A stretch of 64,000 nucleotides of DNA from positions 492,822 to 556,821 of the forward strand of contig NW_005434640.1 in NCBI RefSeq assembly GCF_000315625.1, read 5' to 3'. The position numbers were made by a program, and so were the translations under genes. The notes beneath the pieces are model-generated. The model did no database searches. It was not told the origin of the DNA and saw only the letters and a list, made by a program, of their open reading frames with translations. Shown piece by piece: positions 35,856-49,400 of the stretch (position 1 is the stretch's first letter; every line of letters starts with the position of its first letter). The stretch comes from Guillardia theta CCMP2712. Its lineage: Eukaryota; Protista; Cryptophyta.

Positions 35856-36524
35856 GGGAGGCTAGAGGAGGAGTTGAGGAGAACAGCAGCGGAAGGCGAA
35901 GAAGCGCTTGAAAGTAGGAGAGAGAAGAGATGAGGAGATACAGCGCCTTTAGGACGATGATGCTCGAGTCAGAGGCGAGAGAAGGAGGGTTTGTGAAATC
36001 ATCGCAGATCGGGTATAGGATGCGTGGATGAAGGAGAGAGCAGGAGAAGGAGGAGAGTTAGGGATGGCAGAAAGAACTCGAACGAAAAGGCTGTAGGAAG
36101 AGAAGCAAAGAAGAGAGGGAGGGGCTGGGGTAGAAGGTGAGCGACTCGAGAGTCGGAAGAGCGAGGGAGGCGGGTGTGGGTTGCAGAGGAGCAGGGGAGT
36201 GAGAATGGAAGGAGAGGAGGAGGGGAGAGACAGGAAGGGAGATGGGAGAGGAGGGAGAGGAGAGGAGGAGGGAGGAAGAGGGGGAGAGGGGAAGAGCAGG
36301 CGAGGGCGGCACAGTTGGGGAGCGGGGGAAGAAATTTGTCTGCCACGTTCGCTAGCGCATGGTGGGGGGAACTGGAACGCAACGATTCAGTAATAACTTT
36401 TTTAAGAACATCAACAACTTGGTACAAACCATGTTTTATGATTATAAATGAATTCCACATTGTACCAGGATATCGGATTTGAACGACGATGAGAAAACTA
36501 GTTTTAAAAACACGCGAGCACGAC

Positions 36525-37541
36525 ATGTCGAAGCAAGAGGAGGTGCGAGGGCGGGAGGAGGAGGAGGAGGAGGAGGAGGAGGAGGAGGAGGAGGAGGAGG
36601 AGGAGGATCAGGGAGGAGGAGGAGGATCAGGGAGGGGTTCATTGGACGGGGGTGGTGAGAGGGTGCAAGGTGGTGGCAGGCTGACCGGCATGGGAGCAGG
36701 ACGAGATAGCGCGGGGATGGGTCTACCGGATCTTCTACTGGCTCTTCTGCACGTACGCGGAGGTAGTGCATGACATCAGCGTGGAGGGGGAGGAGAACAT
36801 CAAGGAGGGAGAAGCCGTCCTCCTCGTCTCCTTCCACACCTCCCACAACGTCGACATCCTTATCTCCCTCTTCCTCATGCGCAAGACCCTCGGCCGCGTC
36901 CCCCGGGCGCTCTTTCATCGTCCCATGATGATGTTCTGGGGTCCTCTCCTCCGCCGCTTCGGGGGAGTATCAGGGACGAGGAAGAGGGCGGTTGAGCTGC
37001 TCAGGAGAGGCTTCTGCTGCTGCTGCGCCCCGGGGGGGTGGAGGACGTTCTGCATCATGTGAGCGGGTGCGGCAAGGACGCGTACGAGCTCTACTGGCTG
37101 TCGCACAACTCGGGTAAGCGGCTGGGGTATGCGCGGGTGGCGGAGGAGATGGGGGCAGGGAGCAAAGTGATCCCCTACTTCTGCGAGAACGCGGAGGAGA
37201 TGAAATGGAATCCTTTGTTCGACCTCTGGTCCTTCCTCCTCCTCGACAGACTCTACGGCGCCGTCATGCGCAGCATGCCCGGGCCCATCCACTTTCTGAT
37301 GTGGCAGTTTGCTATCCTGTGCTGGTTCTCTCTGTCCTTCTTCTCCCTCCCCGTCCCTGTGAAGGTCATCGCGCACATCGGGGAGCCGGTGGTGCTGCAG
37401 AAGGGGGAGCGGGCAGAGCAGTTTGCTGAGCGAGTGGAGAGAGCGCTGCAGGAGCTGATGGTGAAGAAGCAGAACGGGACGAGGAGGAACTACTGGAAGG
37501 GGTTGAAGCAACGGATGGAGTGGAGGAAGAAGTTGGAGTGA
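36525..37541 (+). CDS. TMEM68/DGAT2-like acyltransferase, with an apparent 1-nt frameshift at a G7 run
   Basis: HDISVEGEENIKEGEAVLLVSFH, APGG/VEDV junction, YELYW..RLGYARVA..KVIPYFCENAEE, PVKVIAHIGEPV. The two halves are in different frames at 37032-37038. Confidence 0.8.
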
Positions 37542-38211
37542 GAGTATCGGGGAAGCGCTCTCAGGAAGGAGTGGGGCCGGGTAAGTAAGGAAGGAGGGAT
37601 GCTGGGACTGAGGGCGAGGGAGGAGGGACCGAACGTGGAGGAGGAGGAGGAGGAGGAAGAGGAGGAGGAGGAGGAGGAGGAGGAGGAGGAGGAGGAGGAG
37701 GAGGCAATAAGGATATCTACAGGTTTATTGTTTCAAATGGAGAGAATCAGCAGAACATCTGATCAGTGTACCTTGAAACTTCTTCATCCCCGCCCAACTC
37801 CCTCCTATCTCGCTCACACCTCCGACCCCCCCCCCACCTCCCCTCCCTTCCATCACTGCCACCCTTCCTCCCTGACCTCCCTGACCTCCTCCGCCTGGAC
37901 TCTTCCCCCTCAAGATCTCTTCCTCCACCTCTTCAACTTCGAATTTTCAGTCTTGCCTGTACGAACATTGAGCTCTTCCTCCCCATCCGTCCACCTTGTT
38001 TCCCAACCTCGCCCTGTTCGCTCAGTCAGCACTTGTTAGCTGGAAGAGCAGGGGCAGGAGCAGGGGCAGGAGCAGGGGCAGGAGCAGGGGAAGGGGAACA
38101 AGGAGTTTTTCGCTCTTTCGATCGCCGAGACAATCGGAGAACCGAAGGTCTCTAGGAGAAAGGAAGCGAGGATGTTGCAAGGAAGCGAAACTGCGAGAGA
38201 AACAGACAAGA

Positions 38212-39560
38212 CTAACGCAGCATTAGGCCCTGCAAGGGGGGCTGGTGGGAGGAGAAGGCAGAGGCGTTGGGTGGTGCAAGAGAGGAAAGCAGGACAGTGA
38301 GAACTGGAGCGAGGAAAGAGGAGTGGATACGAGGAGAGACGAGGAGGGCAGGAGTGGATACGAGGAGAGACGAGGAGGGCAGGAGGAGAAGGACCTTTAT
38401 GTAGTCTTGACCTTCTTCTTGTTGGAGGGCTGAGTCCTGTCGCAACCTCGTCAGCTTTGTCAGGGCAGGCAAACGACTCGCTCCACCTCTTCTCCTCCTT
38501 GAGCAGCTCCTGCATGGCGCTGCTCGCGCTGCTCTCCTGCTGTGACCGCAGGGACCAGACGGAGCGGAAGGAGCCGACGAGGATACCCGACCTCTTCTCC
38601 AGCAGGTAGGCTCCCATCACCCCGATCAGCGTTCCCAGCAGATGAACGCGCAAGGCGTCGAGGCCGCCATGGAGGAAGGCAGAGGCGACCGCAGGGACCA
38701 TATTGAGCGCGGGGCCGGTGTTGGCAATGGGGCTGCGGATGGTGGTGACAACACAGGTGGCAACGGCGAACGGGAGGAAGGAACCGACGCGGGGGCAGAC
38801 GAAGCTGGCGACGAGGTTGAGGAGGAGAGTGTGGAGGGCCTCGTTGAGTACGGCACCCATGGAGAAGCCGGAGGAGGAGAGGGAGGGCCACACGGGCACG
38901 CACGCGTCCGGCTTGACGATGGAGCGATGGAAGGAGGTGGCGGTGGGATGGGTGCAGAGGTTGATCTTGGGGAGAGCATCGCGATAGACCTTGTCCGCGA
39001 ACTGAACCTCCGCCACTGGCGATACCCCAATCCTCTTCACAGCAGCTGCAAACACAGCTGCCGCTCCCAGCTGCAGCACGAACTTGACCGCTCGTCGCTT
39101 GACAGGCATCTGAACGAAGAGCAGCTCCATGGGGTTGGTGGTGTGAGGAGGGAGGAAGTAGGTGGTGATGGCGACGAGGGAGAAGATGTAGGAGAAGACA
39201 ACACCCTCCTCGCAGCTGAAAGTGAGGAACTGAGACAAGTTAATCAGTGTCGCTCGCATACATCAGCTTGATCTTCCTCCCTCTTGTGTCCTCCCTTCCC
39301 CTCCCTTCCCCTCCCTTCTCCCTCCTCTTCCTCCTCCTTACCTTGCCACCCGACGACCTCGAGCACATGCGAGGAATCGCAAACTCGCTCCAGATGACAG
39401 TGCATGACATGCCAGCCAGGAGGATCCAAGTACAGAGAACATCGGTCAAGTTCGCGGTGACCTCCTCCTCAAACCCCAGGTTCTTCGATTTCCCCTTGCC
39501 CGCATGCGCGCTGCCTGTGAACGATCTTGACGTCACAGAGTTTCTTCTATGTTGCTCCAA
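38212..39560 (-). CDS. Aquaporin/MIP-like membrane protein with divergent NPA boxes (SIP/unorthodox-like)
   Basis: Several hydrophobic helices; HTTNPMELL followed by KFVLQLGAAAVFAA; VLNEALHTLLL; NTGPALNMVPAVASAF..VHLLGTLIGVMGA parallels the MIP pattern TG.smNPA..fg...vyw.gp..G. 3' end uncertain. Confidence 0.65.
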
Positions 39561-40055
39561 CGCTTCCTCCCCTCTAGTTTCTTTCCTTGAACCATCACTC
39601 CCTATAACATCTGTTCCCTTCCTCTGCTTCCCCCGTCAAAAATCCTCCCCAGCCCTGCCCCGTCCGGCCCTCTCCCTTCATTACACTATCCTCATCAATC
39701 CTCTTCCATCCTTTCCTCCCTCCCTCCCTCTTCCTCTTCCTCTTCCTCTTCCCTCTCAGGTACCTCGCTGCTGTTTCCTTGGCATGGCCTCCGCTCGTGG
39801 ATCCACCCCACCCCTCGATTCCTTCAACCCAACGTGTAATCATGACCCCTTCATTTACACTACCCCATTATTTACTATCAACTACCCCACCTTTACAGAT
39901 TCACTGTTTCCTCCTTGAGGTGACCACCCCTGCACAATATTCCGTTGCACCCCTCCTAGTTACAGTAACGGTTTTTAACCGTCCAGACTCGTCACCGAAT
40001 CCTGACTGGGAGTTTACGCCGAGACTCGGCAACTTGTTGGTGGTCCCAAAGTAGT

Positions 40056-40391
40056 CCAAGTTGTTCACAAGTTGTTCAAAAAAGTTCACTGTTTGTTCAC
40101 AAGTTGTTCACCAGTAGTTCACTAGTTGTTCACTGGTTGTTCACTGTTTGTTCACCAGTAGTTCACCAGTAGTTCACCAGTAGTTCACCAGTAGTTCACC
40201 AGTAGTTCACTGTTTGTTCACCAGTAGTTCACTGTTTGTTCACCAGTAGTTCACCAGTAGTTCACCAGTAGTTCACTAGTTGTTGACTGTTTGTTCACTA
40301 GTTGTTCACTAGTTGTTCACTGGTTGTTCACTAGTTGTACACCAGTTGTTCACTAGTTGTTGACTGTTTGTTCACTAGTTGTTCACCGGTT
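40056..40391. repeat. 11-bp minisatellite, about 30 units (GTTCACCAGTA / GTTCACTGTTT / GTTCACTAGTT variants)
   Basis: Directly visible 11-nt periodicity. Confidence 0.95.
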
Positions 40392-40488
40392 GTAATGCTA
40401 CTGTGTTGTAATGCTAGTTGCAATGCTAGCGGCCTCTCGTCAAGGTGAATGAATAAGTCTTGTACATTACAGGCATCATCTCTTCTAC

Positions 40489-43400
40489 TTAGTAGTTGAT
40501 CTCTCGGCAGGCAGTGATGGCGGCAAGAAGGTTTTCCTTCATCAGCTCCTTGGTTCTGTACCTGCAAGGGAGTCAGCGAGGAGGAGACACAGCAGGTCTT
40601 GTCTACTTGGGAAGCTTCACGATGAAGAAACACGTCTCGGCCTCGGGCAGGACAGAGTCACCGTCCCCGCGATCGGAGGGGAAAAGTTTCATGGACGAGT
40701 GCTCCGAGTAGTCTGACTCGAGCGGCAGACGCTCTCTCCCCCACCTGCCAGCACGGGTGAGGAACCAACGCAAGCAACCGCTACACCCTCACGCGAAGCG
40801 GATGAAGAGTCGACGATCCTCCTGGCTGAAGCCCTCCAGCACCTCCCAGAACATCTGGATGTGGGGCGAGTCCGCAGAGAAGGATCCGCGGTAGCGCGTG
40901 TGGCGCTTGAGGGTTGCGATGTCGATCTCGGGGATCCCGCAGACGCGCCGCTCGAGCTCTTCGTGGGTCATGAGGCAGAGCATGGAGGAAGGAACGATGG
41001 AGCAGAGCCCGTCCCTCATCTTACTCAGCTGCTCCTTGCTCTCTCGCAGTCGTGCTTGCTTCACCAGCTCCGCGTACTCATGCCGCCTCTCGAAGGTCAC
41101 GCGCGTCTCCTCTCCTCCCTCGAAAAGAGGAACACACTTGCCGTCGGTGAGAACGGTCATGAAGGTGTACTGGAACAGCTCCTCAAACTTGTTGGCGCCG
41201 ATCGCTTGCCCGTCCTCATCGCGGAACTGCAAGGAGCTCCAGCAGGAGTAGTCGGTGGCCTTCAGATCCTCCTCGTCCAGCTCAATGCCGATCAGCGACT
41301 TCCAGACAAGAGAAGGGAAGTCGAGACTGAGCAAGTTCTGCGTCCGCATGGCAACCCCCATGAGCTGACCGATGAAGAAGAACATATCCAGCAGCTCAGG
41401 GCTGCTCGCTGACGGCCTCGGCACGAACTTGTCACGGTTGTCCCCGATGCCAGAGACAGCATTGGCGCACTTGATGAAGAGGGGAAGTTGAGGAGACTGC
41501 AGGTCCGTGCACAGGGCGGACATAGCTTCCCTGTAGGGCCCCTGGTAGCCCTGGTGCCCCTCCCCTTGGAACTTCACCCTCCACGCCATCTCATCTCGTT
41601 GCCGGAGCCTTGCAGCAGGCACGTACCGCAGTTGCCTGTAAGTCTGCATCAGCACCCCGTCGGCGCTGATGGTCGCCACCAGCGTCCCTCCCCTCATCAT
41701 GAGCAGCATGCTGTCCGCCAGGGAAAGCAAGACGGCCGGGATCGCCACATCGTCCCCGGAGTTTCCGAGCTCTGTGCTCATGAGGAACAAGGGCCCTTCC
41801 TTGGAGTCTGCCATGATCACCGCCACTGCCCCAGCCTCCTGCGCTCGCCTCACGACATTGACAAACTGCCCCCCACCGCGTTCGATCAGCGCGATGTTGC
41901 CTTTGATTTCGTCCTTGTTCCGTAGAGGCATAGACCCGTTAGGGGGATCTGTGAAAACAAGCTTCGCCCTGACCAGCTGATCCGCTGCCATTTCCCTAGC
42001 GCTACCAAAGTCTGAAGGGGCCACGAGGAATTCTTCGAGCCTCGAGTGAGGTTCTGTCTTGGACGAGATCTGCAGCCTCCACCTCTCGTGCTCTTCTGCC
42101 TTCTCCTTGGAGTCTCGTGCCCTTCGTCCCGGTCGGTGGATCAAGACTTCCAGGAGTCCCCGATCGGAGTTTCTAGACTGGCAGGCAGTCCAGTCGAGCA
42201 CGAGGTTGTGGAAAGAAGCCTTGGTCTGATAGAAGATCAGATACTGCAGGACAAAGGGAGAAGTCAGCTATACGATCACAGACGAAAACAAGGGAAGAAT
42301 TAACCTGAAGCTCACAGATAGTCGCGGCAATGGAAAGCTGTACATTACGATGAGAGAAGTCTACCAGCACAATTGCCTGGTGAAGGTGGCGATTAAATAA
42401 CTTCAACAAGATGAATCGTCTTTGCAGTGACTGCTGAGGGACAGAGTTGAGACGAAGCAACTTCCTCCTGTAATACTCAGTGACCACGATTTGAGCTGCG
42501 GGAATCTTCATAGCCGCGACTCCAGTGTCTTCACTCTGCATGTTCACAAGAGAAACCAACTCTGCATCTCTATCAGTATCCCATCTCACCAGATACCTGC
42601 CTTGTCGTCAGGCACTTCGGCACAGGAAATTGAGGGTTACCGATCAAAATGGAACGAAAAGAAAATCTCCCACAGCTTTGAGATGTCTTGCATTGCTAAA
42701 GTCTTGGCTTGATTCAAGAAGTCCTTTGGCTTCGTCGCCCGTGGCTGGGCGGGGTTCAAACATCTGCATACCTGATGAACTGCATCTGGCTCCAGCTGAA
42801 ACAACTCATTCAAGGCCTCCTCTGCTCGTGCTGACAGCTCGCCGTTTCCACTCTCGTCAAAGATCGAGCTCATGGATTCGTACTTGTCGCACTCCATCAT
42901 GATGGATCTGTCTTCTTCAAATATCATGTATCCATCATCGATCAACGAGTTTCTCTCGCTTTCCTTCCCATCATAGAGCTTTGCCGCGATCCTCATCGTC
43001 TGATCTAGACTGTCCAACCAAGGGGCGTTTGACGACGGGTTTACCTCCTTAGGATGCGCAGTCATGCATGGCTCAAACACCAGGGAACGAGTGGCGAGAA
43101 GCTCTGCAAGAGAGCACATGTACGTCGATCGAGGGCACAGCAGATCTTCCGAGCTGCCCCTCTTGCCGCTGTAGTGCTTGCTCTCCCACACGAACCTTGC
43201 ATTGGCCTCGTGCATCTAGAAGAAATGTCACAAAGTGTCATGGAGGAAATCAAGAGGCAGGGAAAAAGAAAACGAAAAGAGGGAGGAAAGGAACTCACAA
43301 GTTTTGAGAAAGCCGAATGCAAAGCAAGTGATAGACTGCAATCAGCCGTTGACCCCAGTTGGCGCATCAGCCTGCACGTGATGTTGTGCAGTTGCAGGCA

Positions 43401-46400
43401 ATGAGGGATTGCAATGGCAGATGACTTCTCCAACAGGTCAAGAAGGCCCTCCAGCATTGTGTAAAAGTGTTGCCTTGCCAACAGTGTGTGACAATTCAGC
43501 AGCAAGTTGCAAAGTAAGATGGCCGATGACAGATGTTTCTCGCCGATCGCAAGGGCTTGAACTCTGAAACCCCAGCTCTGTTCCGAGTCTTCTGTCGGGG
43601 CTGTGCTGGTGCTGTTAGAAGTAGTACTGCTTGATAGCGTCATCCATACAGGTGACGGGAGGATAAGCGGCATGAATGCCTTCCTCCTATCGTCCGACGT
43701 CGCAGTTGCTATCAAATCAGTGCAAGCAGCATCGCTGTAAAACTTCATCGCTTCATGATTCAGCAGAGAACATCGCGCGTCAAACACCACATACAACCAT
43801 GAAACTCCCTCGATGTAAAAATGTCGAGCACCGGCTGAGCCAGCGGTTGCCTGGCTGCGGATGTAAGGGTGTTCCGAGCTTTCTTCAACACTCGAGAGCG
43901 TCGCCAGAGCATTCTTCAAGCTGGACTGGCACTCGTCGACCAGGAAATCGATGATATTGGATTGAAGGTCCTCTCCGTCTTTTTGAAATACTGCTCCACC
44001 CACACCACCGTAGGTAAGGCTTAAGTTGGCGCCGTACCCAACAGGATTTGAAGTCAACTTCCTTCTCTTTTCCTTCAACGCAACATCAGATTCCTCTGGC
44101 AAATCCAGCATTTCCTTCCATTCGCTGTCCATCCCAAGGTCGGCTCGATCACGTTTCTGCCTCTCTGAGCCCATGTGCCTCTCCGTAGAATCGTTGCTCT
44201 CGTTAGATTCGAAATCTTTCATTTCGCCCTGCAGAAGCATCTCGATCCTCCTCTGAAGGACGTCCGCAAAAGTCAAAGCATCCTTCTCCCTTCTGGCAGA
44301 GGTTGGGAAGATGAGGAACTTGTCCAAAGTCAAGAAACTGCTACCTACTGCTGCTGCATTGATCAGGTTCATTAGAGACGATCGGCCTCCAAAAGTTGCT
44401 TCGCTGAATGAGAAATTTGCTGGAAAGTTGGCCAACAGCAATCGGATACAACTCCTTGCATACATGCTGCATAATTTGTGATCCAGGTCCGCCAATGATC
44501 TCATCATTTCATGAGGAGTTGCTTCGTAATCCAAGAAATTGCTGTAGCTTCTATTAACGCGATCCAAACAACTCGATGGGACAACAACAGAGTAAACTAT
44601 AGACGATGTGCTATCGTAGCATAACAACTTAGCCATATTGACATCTGAAGATGATTTTTCTATTCCATCTACGAACATACAACGACCTATCAGCTTCCGA
44701 TTGACACCGTACATGGCTTCACGAACATCACTGACGTCAAGCTCCGACAAGATAACGAGCATTCCCGGTCGAAGACTCTCTTCGCGGGCCCTGTGGGAAG
44801 AACTGCTAGACGGGATTAGAACACTCCCTCCCCCCCGAGGCCTGCCCAGCAGAGTGATAGTTGGTGTGCTGAGGTACGCCCGTTCGTCGTAGATCCGGTC
44901 GTCATTATTTCCGAAAGCCCTCAGCTCATCCAGGACACTAGACGGGAATTCAGTGAAAGTGCTTCCAAATCCAGAGGTGCTTGAGCTGATGCCTAGCTCG
45001 CTTTCTATTGCAACGCTCTGGTTGGTATCTTCATAGAAACTGTAACAGTCGCAGAGCAAACACAAAGGAACTTCTGAATCATCTGTCGTGGAATTCAAAT
45101 TGCCGCCCTCCCCACCCCCATCTGCAGCCTCTGAATACTCAGGGTGATCAGACAAGAAGCTCTCGCCATGTTCAAAGATCCAGTTCGCAGCTCTGTCCTG
45201 ATTTCCGTTCTCCCTGTCCAGCGCATGTTGGCACAGTCTCAGAGGGCTGCCGGTGATTTCAGCAAGATTCGCCGCCGCGAGTTCCCTTGTCCGCCTTTGA
45301 TCGTTCCTCAAGGGAGCTCGAGAATTTCGCATGAACGACTCCATCGCTGGGATCATCCGCTGCGATCTTGGGGGATTTGAGGAGGGTGTCGAACCGACAG
45401 GCATCGAGCTGTCTGCGCTTCCTGCCATCCCTCCACCTCCTCCGGGACCCGAAGCTCGGGCGTTGGAAAGCAGGGTCAAAGGGGCTTTGTCCTTGCTTTC
45501 GCACAGCAGAGAAAGGATGCCTGCGCGCTTCACTTCGTGGGTGATCGGGTCAAGATGGTTGATATTCTTCACAGCAAAGTGAATGAGGTCGTCCAACACA
45601 CCGTTGGCTAGAAGCTCTGTGTGATCAACGTCATTCTGGTTCAAAATGGTAGACAGGGACGAGAGGAGCCGGCTCTGGAATGACCTACACCACCTCTCGG
45701 CATTGCCCTCCTTCTCTCTCATCAACCGCAGGCAAGCAAACATATCCATGATGTTCTGGAGGGCCAGTTTCGCCTCGTTTTGGTCGCTTCCCAAGAGGAG
45801 CTGAAAGAGGGAATCGTTCTTCTGATTGAAAGAACAGGTCGAGCTCACAATCGGAAGAGTAATTGGAACCCAGTTTTGCAAGGATTTCGAGAAGATGACG
45901 TCTTCAGGCAGTACACACATCATACCCAGCAAATGGTCGCAGCGCACAACGATACCATATCTTGAGGGCACACGGCCAGCCGACCCGATCATCGGCAGCC
46001 TGATTCTCGAGCCAACTCGAATGCTGACATCGGTTTCAGCACAGAAAAGCTCAACCGCTGCCATTCCTTTTGCCAAAATGGATTGATTGATACTAGAACT
46101 AGGAAGAGATCGCGATGAAAGGAGATGTTCCCTTGACAATTTCATCATTTCAAAGGCCATCCCTAGAATCAACTTCCGCAAAGAAGGATTCGCACAAATT
46201 CGCTTCATGAAATTCACCAATTCCATTGCGACACTTAACTTTGCGTGCCCACTCCTCCACCTCCATGGCTTATTGTTCTCCGACTTGCTGGTTGTTCGCC
46301 CCCTGATCACAACTGTGAACGCTACTGACGACTCCCATTGCAACGACAAAGATTGGCAATCGTCATATGATCCTTCATACAGAACACATTTCTGATTCGT

Positions 46401-49400
46401 CTGTAGCTGGTTTGACAACTCTGACGCCTCCTTCTTCAAAGATTCTTCATCCATATCTTTGAACTTGCTTGTCAACTTCAAAGCCTTTTGACAATCACAC
46501 ATGAATTTTTGAGCAGACGATGAATCCATCGACACGCCATGACTGTAGGGAAATGCCAAAGTAACCCACTGCGCATTCTTCAACTCATTGCTGTCTGTAG
46601 AGAAGTCAATAGGTGCCTGCGGACTCGAGGCTGACTTGTCGCTGTAGCTTTCCTCCCTTGTAGCGCCAAGAATCGTTCCAATATCTCGAAAGATTGTATC
46701 CAACAAATTTCCATGGTTCTGCAAATCGAATAGCTGACGCACACTTGCCTCATTCTGACTCTGCATTGCATCACAGACATCGCTGCATCTGATGACATTG
46801 CTCAGGAGAACAAGAACAACTCTCTGAATCTGAGGACTTTCAGCAGTGATGGCCCACCGGCACAACACTGAGAAGAGTTCTGTATTTTGGAAAATCATTA
46901 AAGAGATGTATGACTTCCGATGGGCTAGTCCATGCAACCATGTCAGGGTCTTGAGCTGCAGCAAATCCTTTGATTCATTTGGCTTCAGAGCATCAATACT
47001 CTGAAATAAATTTTGTCCAAACGCAATGGCATGACTCAGAAATGTATGAATGTCAGCTTGCAGCTCTGAATCGGAAGGATCAAGTTGTGCGCAACTGGAG
47101 GAGACATGAAACAGCACCGACATAGCTGCGTCACAAAGACCGGTCAGCGTATCTAGATCAACCCGATCCCCTTCAGTAGAAGTGAAGCATGGAAAGTGCT
47201 TCAAAGAAGGATCCAACATGAGTTGCGATAGCTTGGCCACGATCGAGTTTTCTATCATAAACTTGACATCTTCTGGTTCCAACTGGAGAGAGAAGAATGC
47301 ACTTAGTACCAAATGCTTCAACGACGTATCAGTTCGATCCATGGGTCCTTCTCGGTCCAGCAGAAATTCAGCCAGATATCCAAATAACTTTGCCGATTCA
47401 TCCCTTAGTTCGATCTTTGATGATTGATTGTACAAGTAGAGTGCATTTGTGATATGAAACCGTGGCACACTCCTTTGCAGATCTGGTGGGAATGGACCGG
47501 TTGTGAATGTAGATATCATGATCTGTTTCACAGAGGTGAAAGATATCTGCTTCAACAGCCCTGACATCGTCTGGAGACGCATCTTGCGCCTTGCTATGAC
47601 ATTTCTATTTTCTTGTGCTGCCTCGATCACTTTCCTGGCTGGAACATCTGAAATCAGAAACTTGGTACAGAGGTCCACCCCATAGCGAAATGTGTTGGCA
47701 TGCTCTCCAGAGAATTTGGTGAGGGATCCTGAATGTTTCTCCTTATCCTCAACAGAAAGATTTTGGAATTCTGCCTGGAAAACGGGCCAGATGCTTGGAT
47801 CACCATGCATCTTCGTTGAGATCACAAGCATGCACCTCAACATGATTTCAAATGCCTTACTTTTCACCTTGTTCGAAATCTCAGCTTTGTTAGAATCGAT
47901 CGAGAACTCTGACTCCGAAACCTCAACTTCCATGTCCATTGATGCTCCACTTTCATCCAAGTTCACACCTGCTTGATTTGATGCAACATGTTGCAAGTTC
48001 ACGCGTGTTTCAAGAATCAAGTTTTGTAAGAAGCGCAAAGCACTATTACAAATGCATTGAATCTCCAATGGAAGTTGGTGAAAATCTTGGACGTTCCATT
48101 CACGAATGTCCGGAAATATTTCTTCGACATCAAACTTGTGCATTAATGCAGAACAAATGGTTGTCCCAAGAACAACCAGCATGTTTCTGTCTAGCCATTC
48201 TGGAGGCATCAAATTAGTGGTCAAATATTGCTCAATACAGGATTTTAGGGTGGACCCATTCGAAGCCATCGTTAGCTCTAATACGACATTTCCACCCATT
48301 GACAGCTTAGGGTTTTTCAGAATGTCACTGTACGACATGACAGAATCGCTGTCAGAATGTTCAAAAAGAATAGGAAACACTTCCATTGCCCAGTCCAGGT
48401 AGATCCCTCCATCAAACAAACATGACTTGATCCACTCATCTGATGCTCCAGATATTGGCTTTGGGACACTTCGAAGGTCACACCACATCAATTTTGCTGT
48501 GAGGCTGGCAAGAGTCAGTTCCAAGTCGAACAACCAATCCAGCGCCATCAGAAGCGAACTGCTCTTTGCACATCCATAAATGGAACACTTGATGTTCTTG
48601 GAAGACCTGTGGTCTTCTTGAATGTGTCCGTTGTTTCTGCTGTACTGTAGACAGACAGTATCCCCAGGCACACGAAAGGCCCTCCAGAGCCTCTTGCCCT
48701 TGTGACTTCCTTTAATTGTGTTCGAATAACCTCCACCATCCTTGATCTCCCAACTGATCTTCAGCTGCTCCTTCTTGTTCAAAATGACATCCTCATTCAA
48801 CCTGATGACCATGTACGAAGCTCCAGGAATATGACATTTTGTTGCTCCCTTAGCAGCTCCGCTCTTACCACGAGGGATCGACAAAGCTCGCCCGCCTAAA
48901 TATCGGCTTTCTGTGCATTTCACAGAAAAGGCACGATCTTGAAGTTTGATCGCTTCAATGTTTCGATTGAATTCATCAAGCACCTGAAGGAGCATTTGCA
49001 GAGATGGGAGCAATGCAGATGCAAGATTTGTAGAGATCGAATAATTCCAAGCATTGTCAAACAATGCCGTGATCAAAGTTGGAATTAAAACCCGAATGTA
49101 CGAAGGCACGACAGCCTTCTCGTCTTGATTCTTCACAAGCTCCTTCATCTTGTTCTCAGCTTTTTGAAGCAAACTCTTCACGTAAGTCATCAACAACAAC
49201 TCTGATTCCCCGGTCGATCTCGATGAACTGTAAGGAACACTGAGCATGTGCCTCTGAAACGCAGCTAGCAAATTCAACATGTGAGAGTCTTCATGTATAG
49301 CATCAGAGTCTTCCAGCTGAGATGAAATTTCAACGTTTTGCGACGGTTGATCATTTTGAGATACTTGGTCTGCATTGTCCAACAACAACAACAACAGCTT

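Noticed and set aside
40056-40391. Repeat array as a CRISPR-like locus
   Set aside because: Units are only 11 bp with no unique spacers, there are no cas genes, and the context is eukaryotic.
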